Source of the DNA: an uncultured Oscillospiraceae bacterium
GTDB lineage: Bacteria > Bacillota > Clostridia > Oscillospirales > Acutalibacteraceae
Length of the DNA stretch: 47,801 nt
Assembly: GCA_905198295.1 (NCBI GenBank)
Contig: CAJKBW010000010.1
Coordinates: 1 to 47,801 of the forward strand
Direction: 5' to 3'
The notes under the pieces were generated by a model. That model was not told the origin of the DNA. It searched no databases and saw only the letters and a list, made by a program, of their open reading frames with translations. A program made the position numbers and the translations under genes. Positions 1-8,980 of this stretch are shown here, piece by piece (position 1 is the stretch's first letter; each line of letters begins with the position of its first letter).

Positions 1-435
1 AAGAGGCGCCATCTTTTTCCCTCCGTCTGTCTTTTCTGTTTCATCAGCCTGTCGTCTCCATATACAAAAACGACGAACTCCTCTTAAAAAATTTTTTAAA
101 GTAGACTTTTTACTTTCCGCCATATCTCTTGTTCAGAGTGCAACACCATACAGCCGTGACGACATTTCCAGTCATTATTTTTATCCCTGCAAATCCCTAA
201 TAATTCGCATTCTCTGCAGTTCCGTGGAACAGCATCCAAATCATCCCGTTTTTCTCTATCTGCCGATAACCTTTTAAATAAATTCTTATACTTAAAAACT
301 TCTCACAACGGATCCCCCTTTTTTAGGTGTATTTTTCGCTATTATACATCTAAAGATTAACATTATAAATCTTTAGGCGATTATAAATCGACCTAAAAAG
401 CCATATACTAAAACCACAGGATGGGTGGTGAATAT

Positions 436-768
436 ATGAAAACAGAGGATTTGAAAGAAATTGGCGTCCGCATTGCTGAACGGCGAAAAGAATTGAAATT
501 AACCCAAGAGCAGACCGCCGAACGTATGAACGTATCTATCCAAATGATTTCCAACATCGAGAGAGGAAACAAGGCGATAAAAATTGAAAATCTCCTGAAG
601 TTGTGCGATATACTCAAAACCAGCACCGATTATATATTGACCGGCAAACGTACAGATAGCGATTTTAATAATTTAGCGGATAAGCTTTCACAATTAACAG
701 CGTCGGATTATCAAATGATAGAGATGCTGGTTGATTACCGTTTGCACGAAAACCAAGAAAAGGTATGA
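436..768 (+). CDS. XRE-family (Cro/CI-type) HTH transcriptional regulator; ORF begins 421, likely start ATG 436 (MKTEDL...)
   Basis: N-terminal HTH_3 signature (LKELGVRIAERRKELKLTQEQTAERMNVSIQMISNIERGNK); lies in low-GC DNA; ~110 aa typical of phage/ICE repressors. Confidence 0.8.
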   Translation: MKTEDLKEIGVRIAERRKELKLTQEQTAERMNVSIQMISNIERGNKAIKIENLLKLCDILKTSTDYILTGKRTDSDFNNLADKLSQLTASDYQMIEMLVDYRLHENQEKV

Positions 769-797
769 GGAAATTTCTATTTCCCTCATACCTTTTC
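766..797 (+). terminator. Imperfect hairpin (TATGAGGAAAT..ATTTCCCTCATA) followed by T-rich tract between the XRE gene and the next small ORF; possible attenuator/terminator
   Basis: Inverted repeat read directly from sequence; followed by ccttttcttatttt. Confidence 0.3.
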
Positions 798-804
798 TTA
801 TTTT

Positions 805-999
805 ATGAGGAACCCTATGGGACAAGACGAAAGCAAGGCCCTGTTCGGTAAGCCTCGGGAAGAAATCGAGTTGTTTTTTGAATGGAAAACAGAACGTGCT
901 TTGTGGCGGTCGGGAGAAATCACAGCAACAGAAGCAATGAAGCGGTTGAACTTAAAACCCAACACCTTTTACCGCAGGGCAAAGGAAATGGGAATCTAG
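805..999 (+). CDS. Small HTH-domain protein (resolvase/transposase-type C-terminal HTH-like); probable start ATG 817 preceded by GAGGAA
   Basis: C-terminal ITATEAMKRLNLKPNTFYRRAKEMGI resembles recombinase/IS HTH_7/HTH_23 modules; low-GC context; 60-64 aa. Confidence 0.5.
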   Translation: MRNPMGQDESKALFGKPREEIELFFEWKTERALWRSGEITATEAMKRLNLKPNTFYRRAKEMGI

Positions 1000-1098
1000 G
1001 AAAACCAAAATATCCACTTTTGACTATTCCACTTTTCATGTGTTTTTATAGTATGGAGTAGAGGAATATCCACTTTTTATCCCCCCCGAAAACCACGC

Positions 1099-1135
1099 AA
1101 AAAAAGAGACACCCACCAAAAGCGGTGAATGTCTC
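1099..1135 (-). terminator. Putative rho-independent terminator downstream of the rubrerythrin gene (GAGACA...TGTCTC hairpin + T-run on minus strand)
   Basis: Inverted repeat gagaca/tgtctc with A-run on plus strand immediately 3' of the CDS end at 1165. Confidence 0.35.
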
Positions 1136-1164
1136 ATAAACCCTTTATTTATGCAGTTTTTCGC

Positions 1165-1755
1165 TTATTTGAAATACCGGTTGAGCAGACCCTCGAACGC
1201 CTTGCCGTGACGGGCCTCGTCCTTGGCCATCTCGTGGACGGTATCGTGCACAGCGTCATAGCCCAGCTCCTTGGCGCGCTTGGCAAGCTGCATCTTGCCG
1301 GCGGTCGCGCCGCATTCAGCGTCAACGCGCATCTGCAGATTCTTCTGAGTGGAGTCGGTCACGACCTCGCCGAGCAGCTCCGCAAACTTCGCGGCGTGCT
1401 CCGCCTCTTCGTACGCGGCCTTTTCCCAGTACAGGCCGATTTCCGGATAACCCTCGCGATGCGCGACACGGGCCATCGCCAGATACATGCCCACCTCGCT
1501 GCATTCGCCGGTGAAGTTGGCGCGGAGCATCTCCACGACCTCCGCATCCAGGCCGGCCGCAATGCCGACGCGGTGCTCATCCGCCCACTCGCGGCCGGAA
1601 GCCTGCGGGGCAGCCGCCGGAGCGGAAGGCGCAGCAGCGGGAGCGGCCGCCATCTCGTTGAACTTATCGGCGCCTGCGCCGCACACCGGGCAGACTGCCG
1701 GCGGCTCGTCGCCGGTATGGACATAACCACAGATCGCACAAACATACTTTTTCAT
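1165..1755 (-). CDS. rbr: Reverse rubrerythrin (N-terminal rubredoxin-like CxxC...CxxC domain, Ala/Pro-rich linker, C-terminal ferritin-like diiron domain)
   Basis: [13 protein letters not shown]...CPVCGA rubredoxin motif; [24 protein letters not shown] and ExxH diiron motifs; strong RBS AGGAGG upstream of ATG at 1755. Confidence 0.9.
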   Translation of the reverse strand: MKKYVCAICGYVHTGDEPPAVCPVCGAGADKFNEMAAAPAAAPSAPAAAPQASGREWADEHRVGIAAGLDAEVVEMLRANFTGECSEVGMYLAMARVAHREGYPEIGLYWEKAAYEEAEHAAKFAELLGEVVTDSTQKNLQMRVDAECGATAGKMQLAKRAKELGYDAVHDTVHEMAKDEARHGKAFEGLLNRYFK

Positions 1756-1794
1756 TTTTGTTTCCTCCTGATACGTTAAAGTGATATGTAAAGG

Positions 1795-2220
1795 TTATTG
1801 CGGACAATGGTGCAGGGTCCCGCAGGCCGGGCATCTCCCTTGGAGATACACATCCCGTACCTGAACCTCGTAGCCCTCCGGGCAAAGCGCGGCCAGCTTT
1901 TCTTCATCCAGCGGAAAATCAAATATCTCTCCGCAGGCGGCACAGCGAAAATGCCCATGATCTGCAGCTGTGCCGTCAAAGCGCTGTTCCTCCGCCTCAA
2001 TATTCAGCGTCCGGATCAGACCGGCTGCCGACAACGCGCGCAGGGAATTGTAAATCGTGGTGCGGGAAAAAGTCGGATACTCAGCAGCCATCGCCTGATA
2101 AATGGTATCCGCCGTCGGATGGGTCGGATGCGCCAAAAGGTACGCGTATACGGCAATCCGCTGCTGGGTGGGCCGTAGCCCGGCCGCCGACAGCGCCGCC
2201 GCTAGTGTGCGAGTATCCAT
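1795..2220 (-). CDS. perR: Fur-family peroxide-responsive repressor (PerR-like); ORF extends to 2280 but ATG at 2220 (MDTRTL) fits RBS GAGGAGG
   Basis: Fur fold motifs (RPTQQRIAVYAYL, HxH, CAACG...CPACG zinc sites); immediately upstream of rubrerythrin as in clostridial PerR regulons. Confidence 0.8.
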   Translation of the reverse strand: MDTRTLAAALSAAGLRPTQQRIAVYAYLLAHPTHPTADTIYQAMAAEYPTFSRTTIYNSLRALSAAGLIRTLNIEAEEQRFDGTAADHGHFRCAACGEIFDFPLDEEKLAALCPEGYEVQVRDVYLQGRCPACGTLHHCPQ

Positions 2221-2252
2221 AGGCCTCCTCTTTTTTGTATTTATTATTTTGT

Positions 2253-2299
2253 TGTATTGATTACAAAAACAGTATAGCAATCTATCCCACTGTTGTCAA
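2253..2299 (-). promoter_or_regulatory. SigA-type promoter for perR-rbr (-35 TTGACA, 17-bp spacer, -10 TATACT on minus strand) followed by Fur/PerR-box-like 7-1-7 palindrome TTGTAATcAATACAA in the leader
   Basis: Read from reverse complement of 2253-2299; palindrome at about 2253-2267 lies between the -10 and the RBS. Confidence 0.5.
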
Positions 2300-2444
2300 C
2301 CCCTTTTTCCAAAATTTTCTCTCTTTTTGTAAGCGCCGGCAGGGCGAATATTCCTGCCGGCCGGTCAGCGGTGCGCGGCGTCCAGCGGAAAGGACGGCCA
2401 AGGGCCGGCAATCTGCCCACGCCGGCGTTAAACCCGGCGAAAAC

Positions 2445-2500
2445 ACAAAAAATCCCCGGCGCCGCCCGAATCATCGGACAACGGCGCCGGGGATTCCTCT
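2445..2500 (-). terminator. Rho-independent terminator for the S4-domain gene (13-bp GC stem AATCCCCGGCGCCG...CGGCGCCGGGGATT then T-run on minus strand)
   Basis: Perfect inverted repeat directly 3' of CDS end 2506; A-run on plus side = U-run on minus transcript. Confidence 0.6.
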
Positions 2501-2505
2501 GCCTG

Positions 2506-2748
2506 TTATTCGAGCATCTGATACAACAGTGCGGCATCGTTCTTTGCCACCGTTTCCTGCACCGACACCACTCGTACCCGCACCGCGCGGGCGCCAAGCG
2601 TGATGCCCAGCTCGTCCCCCTCCTTCACTTCGTAGGAGGCACGCGCGGGTTTGCCGTTGACCGTCACGCGGCCGGCATCGCAGGCGTCGTTCGCCACTGT
2701 GCGGCGCTTGATCAGGCGGGATACCTTGAGATATTTATCCAAACGCAT
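2506..2748 (-). CDS. yabO: S4-domain RNA-binding protein (YabO/Hsp15-like)
   Basis: MRLDKYLKVSRLIKRRTVANDACDAGRVTVNGKPA is a canonical S4 motif; conserved position after mazG/hup. Confidence 0.85.
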   Translation of the reverse strand: MRLDKYLKVSRLIKRRTVANDACDAGRVTVNGKPARASYEVKEGDELGITLGARAVRVRVVSVQETVAKNDAALLYQMLE

Positions 2749-2950
2749 ATCGACATTCCTTTCCGTGGATGATCATCTGGGCAGCGCCGACAAAGGTACG
2801 CCTGTCGGGAAAGGCACACCGGGCGCGCCGGCAAACTGCCGGCGGCTGTACACATCCGCCGCGCGCTCTCCGCCGCACGGGTGACCTGCTGCTTGTTCCA
2901 AGCAAAAAGCCGCCCGCACAAACGGACGGCTTTTCCACGATACGAACCGC

Positions 2951-3226
2951 TTATTTCGAGACGGCATCCTTAAAGGACTTACCCGCCTTGAAAACCGGCT
3001 GCTTGGAAGCCGGGATCTGGATGGTTTCCTTCGTACGGGGGTTGCGGCCGGTCCGCGCCTCACGGGCACGCACTTCAAAAGTACCGAAGCCAACCAGCTG
3101 GACCTTATCGCCGGACGCCAGCGCGTCGACAATCGACTCCAGGACAGCGGCGACAGCCTTGTCGGAATCCTTCTTGGACAGTCCGGCCTTCTCAGCAACA
3201 GCAGCAATCAGTTCAACCTTGTTCAT
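2951..3226 (-). CDS. hup: DNA-binding protein HU (ORF extends to 3316; ATG at 3226 MNKVELIA with GGAGGT RBS)
   Basis: [32 protein letters not shown]...[22 protein letters not shown] is a near-textbook HU/IHF sequence. Confidence 0.9.
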   Translation of the reverse strand: MNKVELIAAVAEKAGLSKKDSDKAVAAVLESIVDALASGDKVQLVGFGTFEVRAREARTGRNPRTKETIQIPASKQPVFKAGKSFKDAVSK

Positions 3227-3312
3227 TTGCTTTGTACCTCCTAAATTTTTATCACCAGCGGGTAATACCGCGCATGGGCAAGTTGGATGCACCCGCCAGC
3301 CGCGGGTCGTTT

Positions 3313-4119
3313 TCATGCGGAAGGATGCCGTTTGGCCTCATCCCACAGTCGATCGAGATCCTCGAGCGAAGCGGAAGCCAGGTCCACCCCGCGCTCGGCA
3401 GCAAGCTGCTCGACCACGGTGAAGCGGCGGATGAACTTATCCGTCGCGCCGGTAAGCGCCTGCTCGGCATCGATATCGATGAACCGGGAAACGTTGACTG
3501 CCGAAAACAGCAGATCCCCGAGTTCTTCCTCCATCGCGGCGGTATCGCCGGAAGCAACCGCCTGTTTGAGCTCCGTTGTTTCGCTGTCGAGCGCCTGCAT
3601 CGCACCGGACACGTCCGGCCAGTCAAAGCCCACCCGGCGTGCGCGGTTCTGCACCTTGCCCGCCCGCATCAGCGCGGGCAGCGCGCGCGGCACCGCACGC
3701 AGCATATCGGCCTGGGTTTTGCCGCCCTTGGTCTCGCGCTTGATGGCGTCCCAGTTTTTGAGCACCTGGCCGGCGTCATCCGCCGTCACGTCACCGAAAA
3801 CATGAGGATGCCGAACCACCAGCTTTTTGCAGATGCCGTCCGCCACGTCGTCAAACGTAAACGAGCCCTTTTCCTGTTCCATCTGCGCGTGGAACACCAC
3901 CTGGAGCAGCACGTCGCCGAGCTCCTCCTGCAAAAGCGGCATATCCCCGCGGTCGATGGCCTCAAGTGCCTCGTGGGTTTCCTCCAGCAGGTTCGACCGG
4001 ATGCTTTCGTGGGTCTGCTCGCGGTCCCACGGGCACCCTTCCGGGGTGCGCAGCAGGCGCATGATCTCGAGCAGATCACTTATTGTGTATTTTTCCTTAA
4101 ATTCAAACGAAACAGCCAT
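3313..4119 (-). CDS. mazG: MazG-family nucleoside triphosphate pyrophosphohydrolase (tandem MazG domains)
   Basis: EEAYEVLEAID-like [11 protein letters not shown] and [22 protein letters not shown] MazG motifs repeated twice. Confidence 0.9.
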   Translation of the reverse strand: MAVSFEFKEKYTISDLLEIMRLLRTPEGCPWDREQTHESIRSNLLEETHEALEAIDRGDMPLLQEELGDVLLQVVFHAQMEQEKGSFTFDDVADGICKKLVVRHPHVFGDVTADDAGQVLKNWDAIKRETKGGKTQADMLRAVPRALPALMRAGKVQNRARRVGFDWPDVSGAMQALDSETTELKQAVASGDTAAMEEELGDLLFSAVNVSRFIDIDAEQALTGATDKFIRRFTVVEQLAAERGVDLASASLEDLDRLWDEAKRHPSA

Positions 4120-4164
4120 GTAAAACCCTCAAAATACGGCGGATTTTTGAAAACTGCTTATATA

Positions 4165-5946
4165 TTACCCTATCCAGCCGCGTTTTTCAAGTATTTGTGC
4201 AATTTTTTGTCCTTTTGGCAGCATTAAAATATCTTCGCGGGTAAATGCCCCGAGCAGAAGCAGCAAAAGCACGTAGACAATGCCGGCAATGAGGATGGCC
4301 AGAATGGTGGCCACGGTCCCCGGCATAATGCGCGCGAGCAGGCCGTTGGCCGCCCAGGCCGCCACCCCGCACAGCACGCCGGAAAACAGTGGCTTAAGAA
4401 AGATCCCCCGCCACTTCAGCCGCACGCGCACCACCCTCAGCAGCGCGATCAGGCTGAGCACCACCATCACCACATAGCACGCAAGGGTACTGTACGCGGA
4501 TCCCATAATGTTGATGTAGGGATTGAGCACCAGCGTGGTGTTGAGCAGCAGCTTGACCGCCCCGCCGACGAGCACGATCTTGGCGGGGATGTCGGCGCGT
4601 CCGACCGCCTGGAGCATAGCGTTGATCGGCGCCACCAGACAGATGAAAATCACCGCGATGCCCATTACCTCGAGCATCGGGCCGGCGACCTGCGCGGTCA
4701 CGTCGTCATAGACCATGCGCATGATCGGCCGGGCCAGCACCGCCAGTCCGATGCCGCACGGGGTGGCCACCAGCATGGTGATCCGCAACACCAGCGAAAC
4801 GGTGGATTTGAGCTTGCGCTTATCCCGCAGCGCCCATGCCGAGGTAATCAGCGGCAGCGCACTGATGCCGAAGGTAAGGGTGACGTTGGGCACGAGGTTG
4901 GTAAAGGTAACCACCGCGCCGCGGTTGCCGGTCAGAAAGCCCAGCACGTCGGTGGTGCCGTCGGCCGCGATCTGGGCGGCGTACATGCCCTCCACGATAT
5001 CGCCGCTGCGCTCCATGACGATCGCCAGACACTTCTGCAGCGACACCACGTCGATCATATTTGTCAGCTGGGTGGCCAGCGTGCCGAGCGCGACCGGGAT
5101 CGCCACCCGCAGCAGACTGCGGAACATCCGCCGGGAAGAGGGCGACGGCGGCGCGCCGCCGAGCTCCGTCCGGGTGAAGCCGATCCCGCGGGCACGGTAG
5201 CGGATCATGATATACAGCAGCGCGAAAAAGGAGCCGGCCGTTACACCGATCATCGCGCCAGCCGCCACATACGGCAGGCTGAGCTCCACCGCCTGCTCGG
5301 CCGTTTCGGCCATCCGGCCGTATACCGGCAGCCCGGCAGCGAACCGGCTTTGCCCGAGCTGGAGCGCGCCGGCCGCCAGGCTCAGCCCGAACAGCAGCTT
5401 GCCCACCGCCTCGACGATCTGCGAAATCGCCGTTGGGGTCATGTTGCGCGACCCCTCATAGACGCCGCGGTAGGCCGAAACGAGGCAGCAGAACAGGATC
5501 GCCGGCGCCATTACGATCATGGTCAGCCGGGTGTTCGGCAGGTTGACGAACTCCGGATAAAAAGACGACAGGCCGAGCATCAGCAGCGTGCCCACCAGGC
5601 CGGTGACCAGAAACACCCGGAACGCGACCCGGAAGATGGTCTTCACATCCCGGTAGCGTCCGAGCGCGATGCTCTCGGACACCATACGGGAAACCGCCGT
5701 CGGGAAACCGGCCGTACACACGGTATAAATCGGCACGTACACGTTGTAGGTGGCCTCAAAATAACCGTAGGCGGTGGAATTGAGGTTTTTCAGCGGTATT
5801 TTGAAAAACAGGGCGCCGATCACCTTGGTGAGCACCGCGGCGAGCGACAAAATCAAAGCGCCCTGCAGAAAGCTCTGTTTTTTGCGTTCGGCCAAACGAT
5901 TCACGTCCTTTTCAGCAGCTGGGCCACGCAGCGGTTTGTCTCCCAC
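4165..5946 (-). CDS. MOP/MurJ-superfamily polysaccharide/lipid-II flippase (YabM/SpoVB-like); 5' end uncertain (track start is GTG overlapping mtaD by 46 nt)
   Basis: Multi-TM profile, wzx/SpoVB-like N-terminus (SFLQGALILSLAAVLTKVIGALF); conserved position upstream of mazG. Confidence 0.75.
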   Translation of the reverse strand: MGDKPLRGPAAEKDVNRLAERKKQSFLQGALILSLAAVLTKVIGALFFKIPLKNLNSTAYGYFEATYNVYVPIYTVCTAGFPTAVSRMVSESIALGRYRDVKTIFRVAFRVFLVTGLVGTLLMLGLSSFYPEFVNLPNTRLTMIVMAPAILFCCLVSAYRGVYEGSRNMTPTAISQIVEAVGKLLFGLSLAAGALQLGQSRFAAGLPVYGRMAETAEQAVELSLPYVAAGAMIGVTAGSFFALLYIMIRYRARGIGFTRTELGGAPPSPSSRRMFRSLLRVAIPVALGTLATQLTNMIDVVSLQKCLAIVMERSGDIVEGMYAAQIAADGTTDVLGFLTGNRGAVVTFTNLVPNVTLTFGISALPLITSAWALRDKRKLKSTVSLVLRITMLVATPCGIGLAVLARPIMRMVYDDVTAQVAGPMLEVMGIAVIFICLVAPINAMLQAVGRADIPAKIVLVGGAVKLLLNTTLVLNPYINIMGSAYSTLACYVVMVVLSLIALLRVVRVRLKWRGIFLKPLFSGVLCGVAAWAANGLLARIMPGTVATILAILIAGIVYVLLLLLLGAFTREDILMLPKGQKIAQILEKRGWIG

Positions 5947-7190
5947 CGGATCCGCTCGATGTCAAGGGTCGGGAACTGCCCATCGCGGTACAGTACCCGG
6001 CCGTCGGCCATTGTCATAGCCACATCCGCGGACTGCGCCGCGTACAGCAGGTTGGACAGCGCGTTGTGGCAGGGGGTCATGCGGGTGCTGTCCCGGCGCA
6101 GCAGTACGAGATCCGCCCGCATGCCCTCGGCGATGTCGCCGCAGTCCTCGCGTCCCTGTGAGAGCGCCCCTTCGCGGGTCGCCATATGCAGCACCGTCCC
6201 GGCAGACAGCGCACAGGGATCCAGCGACACCCCCTTGGCGATGAGCGCCGCGGTACGCATCTCCTCGAGCATGTCGAGCGCGTTGTTACTCGCCGCCGAA
6301 TCGGTGCCGAGCGCCACAGACATACCCGTACGCTGCATCTTCTCCACCTGAGCGATCCCGCTGGCGAGCTTGAGGTTGCTTTTCGGGCAGTGGGCCGCCG
6401 TCACGCCGTGCGCGGCGAACAGCGCCATATCCGGTTCGCTCAGCCACACACAGTGCGCCGCCGTCACCGGCTGATCCAGCACGCCGGTCTTCTCGAGCAC
6501 CTGCGCCGGGGTCATTCCATGCCGTCCCACGCATTCGAGATGCTCTTTGCGTGTCTCGGAGACGTGCACCTGCATGCGGGCGCGGTGATCCGCGGCGAGC
6601 TGCGCAGCGTCCGCCAGGATATCCGGCCGTGTGGTATACTCCGAATGCGGCGCGACATCGATTTGGATGCGGCCGTCGTCCTCCCCGTGCACGCCATCGA
6701 GCAGTTCCGTCAGCTCCCGGTACGCCGGCAGATCGGCAAACCGCTTATCCGGGTCGAAGCAGCTGATGCCGCGGCCGATATTCGCCTTGATGCCGCTTTC
6801 CCGCACCGCCTGCGCCACCCGGTCGCAGAAATAGTACATATCCGAAAACGAGGTGGTGCCGCTGCGCAGCATCTCGGCGATGCCGAGCAGGCTGCCCCAG
6901 TACACGTCCTCGCCGGTCAGCTTATCCTCAAAGGGAAAAATCCGGTCGTTGAGCCAACGGTCGAGCGGCATGTCGTCGCCGTAACCGCGCATGAGGGTCA
7001 TCGCCACGTGGGTGTGGCTGTTGACCAGGCCGGGAATCATCAGGTAAGCGGCGCCGTTCACCGTTTCGCCCCAGTTCCCCGCCGGCTCTTCTTTTCCTAT
7101 ATAGGCAATACGCTTATCCCGCACCCCAACGAATACCGCCGGCAGCAGCGTGCCGTCCGCCCGCAGTACATCAATATGCCGAAACAGCAT
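5901..7190 (-). CDS. mtaD: Amidohydrolase-superfamily deaminase (5-methylthioadenosine/S-adenosylhomocysteine deaminase MtaD-like chlorohydrolase); ATG at 7190
   Basis: HTHVAMTLMRG metal-binding motif, HVHVSET, ALGTDSAASNN, DxxEEMR motifs of SAH/MTA deaminase family. Confidence 0.8.
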   Translation of the reverse strand: MLFRHIDVLRADGTLLPAVFVGVRDKRIAYIGKEEPAGNWGETVNGAAYLMIPGLVNSHTHVAMTLMRGYGDDMPLDRWLNDRIFPFEDKLTGEDVYWGSLLGIAEMLRSGTTSFSDMYYFCDRVAQAVRESGIKANIGRGISCFDPDKRFADLPAYRELTELLDGVHGEDDGRIQIDVAPHSEYTTRPDILADAAQLAADHRARMQVHVSETRKEHLECVGRHGMTPAQVLEKTGVLDQPVTAAHCVWLSEPDMALFAAHGVTAAHCPKSNLKLASGIAQVEKMQRTGMSVALGTDSAASNNALDMLEEMRTAALIAKGVSLDPCALSAGTVLHMATREGALSQGREDCGDIAEGMRADLVLLRRDSTRMTPCHNALSNLLYAAQSADVAMTMADGRVLYRDGQFPTLDIERIRWETNRCVAQLLKRT

Positions 7191-7294
7191 GTCAATCCCC
7201 ATTCCTTTTTCTATTTGGATCGGTTTTGCCGGCCGTCAGGCGGACAAAATCCCGGTGCATAGCACCGGAACGGTATAAACAGCCGTGTGAAAAA

Positions 7295-8146
7295 CTATTT
7301 TTCACACGCTGCATCCTCCCTTTCCAAGGCCCCGAGGATCGCCTTCATCAGGCGGATGAACCGCCCCGAAGCCTGCGCAGCGTTGACCGTCACCTCGTCG
7401 TCGCTCACCGTGGACTGCGGCACCATGCCCGCCGCCATGTTGGTGATACAGGAGATGCCCAGCACCGCCATCCCGCACTGCGCAGCGGCGATCGCCTCCG
7501 GCACGGTGGACATGCCTACCGCGTCCCCGCCGAGCAGGCGGACCGCGCGGATTTCCGCCGGCGTTTCAAACTGCGGACCGGCCATGAAGAAATAGACCCC
7601 TTCCCGCAGCGGCTGCCCGAGCGTCTGCGCGCAAGTGCGCGCGAGGGTGAGCAGCGCCGGCGAATAGGTGCGGGTCATGTCGAAAAAGCGCGGACCGAAG
7701 GCCGGCTCCTCCGCGCCGCGCGCCGGGCTTTCGGCGCACAGCTTGATGTGATCGGTAATAAGCATGAAATCGCCCACCCGGAAATCGGGGTTCACCCCTC
7801 CGGCGGCATTAGTCAGCAGCAGACGGCGCACCCCCAGCAGGTGCATCACCCGTACGTAAAAGGCCGCTGTCTCCATGTCGTAGCCCTCGTAATAGTGGAA
7901 TCGCCCGGCCATCACGATCACCTCGCGGCCGCAGAGCCTTCCGCACAGCATCATGCCGGCGTGGGAGGCCACCGTTGAACGGGGAAAGCCGGGGATATCC
8001 GCATAAGGGATCCGCACGGCATCCTCCACCTCATCAGCCAGACGGCCGAGCCCGGAGCCGAGCACCAGGCACACCTCCGGCTGTCCGGTCAGGTGCGCGC
8101 GGATGTAGTCCGCCGCCTGCCGGTATTGTTCCAACGGGATATTCAT
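7295..8146 (-). CDS. punA: Purine nucleoside phosphorylase (PNP-I/PunA family); ATG at 8146
   Basis: LVLGSGLG, GxxAxxM MSTVPE and TNxAAG motifs typical of trimeric PNP. Confidence 0.85.
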   Translation of the reverse strand: MNIPLEQYRQAADYIRAHLTGQPEVCLVLGSGLGRLADEVEDAVRIPYADIPGFPRSTVASHAGMMLCGRLCGREVIVMAGRFHYYEGYDMETAAFYVRVMHLLGVRRLLLTNAAGGVNPDFRVGDFMLITDHIKLCAESPARGAEEPAFGPRFFDMTRTYSPALLTLARTCAQTLGQPLREGVYFFMAGPQFETPAEIRAVRLLGGDAVGMSTVPEAIAAAQCGMAVLGISCITNMAAGMVPQSTVSDDEVTVNAAQASGRFIRLMKAILGALEREDAACEK

Positions 8147-8245
8147 GGCTGCCGCCAACCCCTTTCTGCGCAATCCAGACATTCCGCCATAATAAAAGCA
8201 TAGGGGCTAACCCGCAGGTTTGCCCCTATGTTGTGCACCGTCCGG

Positions 8246-8608
8246 TTATTCCCCGATGCGCGCGCCGCAGCGCTTGCAGTAAGCCGAGTCGTCGGTGTTG
8301 ACCGTGCCACATTTTTCGCAGCGCACCGCCTTCTGGTACTCGTAGATCTTTTTGCGTACCTCGTCGAGCTTGGCCTGCAGCTCATCCACCTTGAGGACGC
8401 ATTCGTCCACCATCGAGGTGACGTCCTGCTCATCCTTGCGGCCGTCGTAAATCAGGCGGCCAAGGCCCTCAAAGGTCGCGGCGATATCCTTTTCGATCTC
8501 CGCCGCATTCATTTTCAGGCGGGTAACCTCCACAAAATCTGCAGTTTTCTTGCCGGCGGTTTCCGCTACCGACTTGGCTTTATACAGAACCTCTTCAAAG
8601 CTTGCCAT
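8246..8608 (-). CDS. Coiled-coil protein with C-terminal zinc-ribbon (CEKCGTVNTDDSAYCKRCGARI); ATG 8608 with RBS GGAGGAAG
   Basis: Cys4 ribbon at C-terminus; clean sigA promoter (TTGAAT-17-TATACT) at about 8692-8720 upstream. Confidence 0.6.
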   Translation of the reverse strand: MASFEEVLYKAKSVAETAGKKTADFVEVTRLKMNAAEIEKDIAATFEGLGRLIYDGRKDEQDVTSMVDECVLKVDELQAKLDEVRKKIYEYQKAVRCEKCGTVNTDDSAYCKRCGARIGE

Positions 8609-8691
8609 ACTCTCTTCCTCCCTTTCCTGCTGCGGCGGGCTGCATCGTCCGCCGTATCCGGTTTGGAACACCTTTTTGCTTTGCTGCCTTT

Positions 8692-8720
8692 AGTATACTC
8701 CTTTTTCCCGGTAAATTCAA
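8692..8720 (-). promoter_or_regulatory. SigA-type promoter for the zinc-ribbon protein gene (-35 TTGAAT, 17-bp spacer, -10 TATACT)
   Basis: Hexamers read from reverse complement; about 80-nt leader to ATG 8608. Confidence 0.45.
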
Positions 8721-8980
8721 CCATCGAATGAAACCGGAAATAAACGCAGGCTATCCTCCGACAGCCTATTGGCCCGGCCGCGCACGCCGCCCTTCCGGAA
8801 ATCGGCGGGAAAAGGACAGAAAACAGCATTAAGCTGCCCGACTTGCCGCCTCTCCGCCTTATGAACCAGGCACCGCGCCGTCATGCTTTGCTTCCAACCA
8901 GCAGCCGAACCATACGTTTTCCCTGCTCATCCGGCACCGTCCAAGAGGCACACGGCTCCTTTTCCGGCCGGCAAAAACGG

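Noticed and set aside
408-626. 72-aa minus-strand ORF overlapping the XRE gene
   Set aside because: It lies antisense to a well-supported HTH gene in AT-rich DNA, has no RBS, and its hydrophobic low-complexity translation is typical of chance frames.
2333-2362. GCCGGCAGG-N9-CCTGCCGGC hairpin as a terminator
   Set aside because: It is not followed by a U-run on either strand. It sits between the perR promoter and the upstream S4-gene terminator. It is kept only as a possible structural element, not a terminator.
5901-5946. 46-nt overlap between the flippase and mtaD genes as evidence of a frameshift or pseudogene
   Set aside because: The flippase track start is a GTG, the first in-frame start after a stop. 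A downstream internal start is more likely. Both reading frames are intact.
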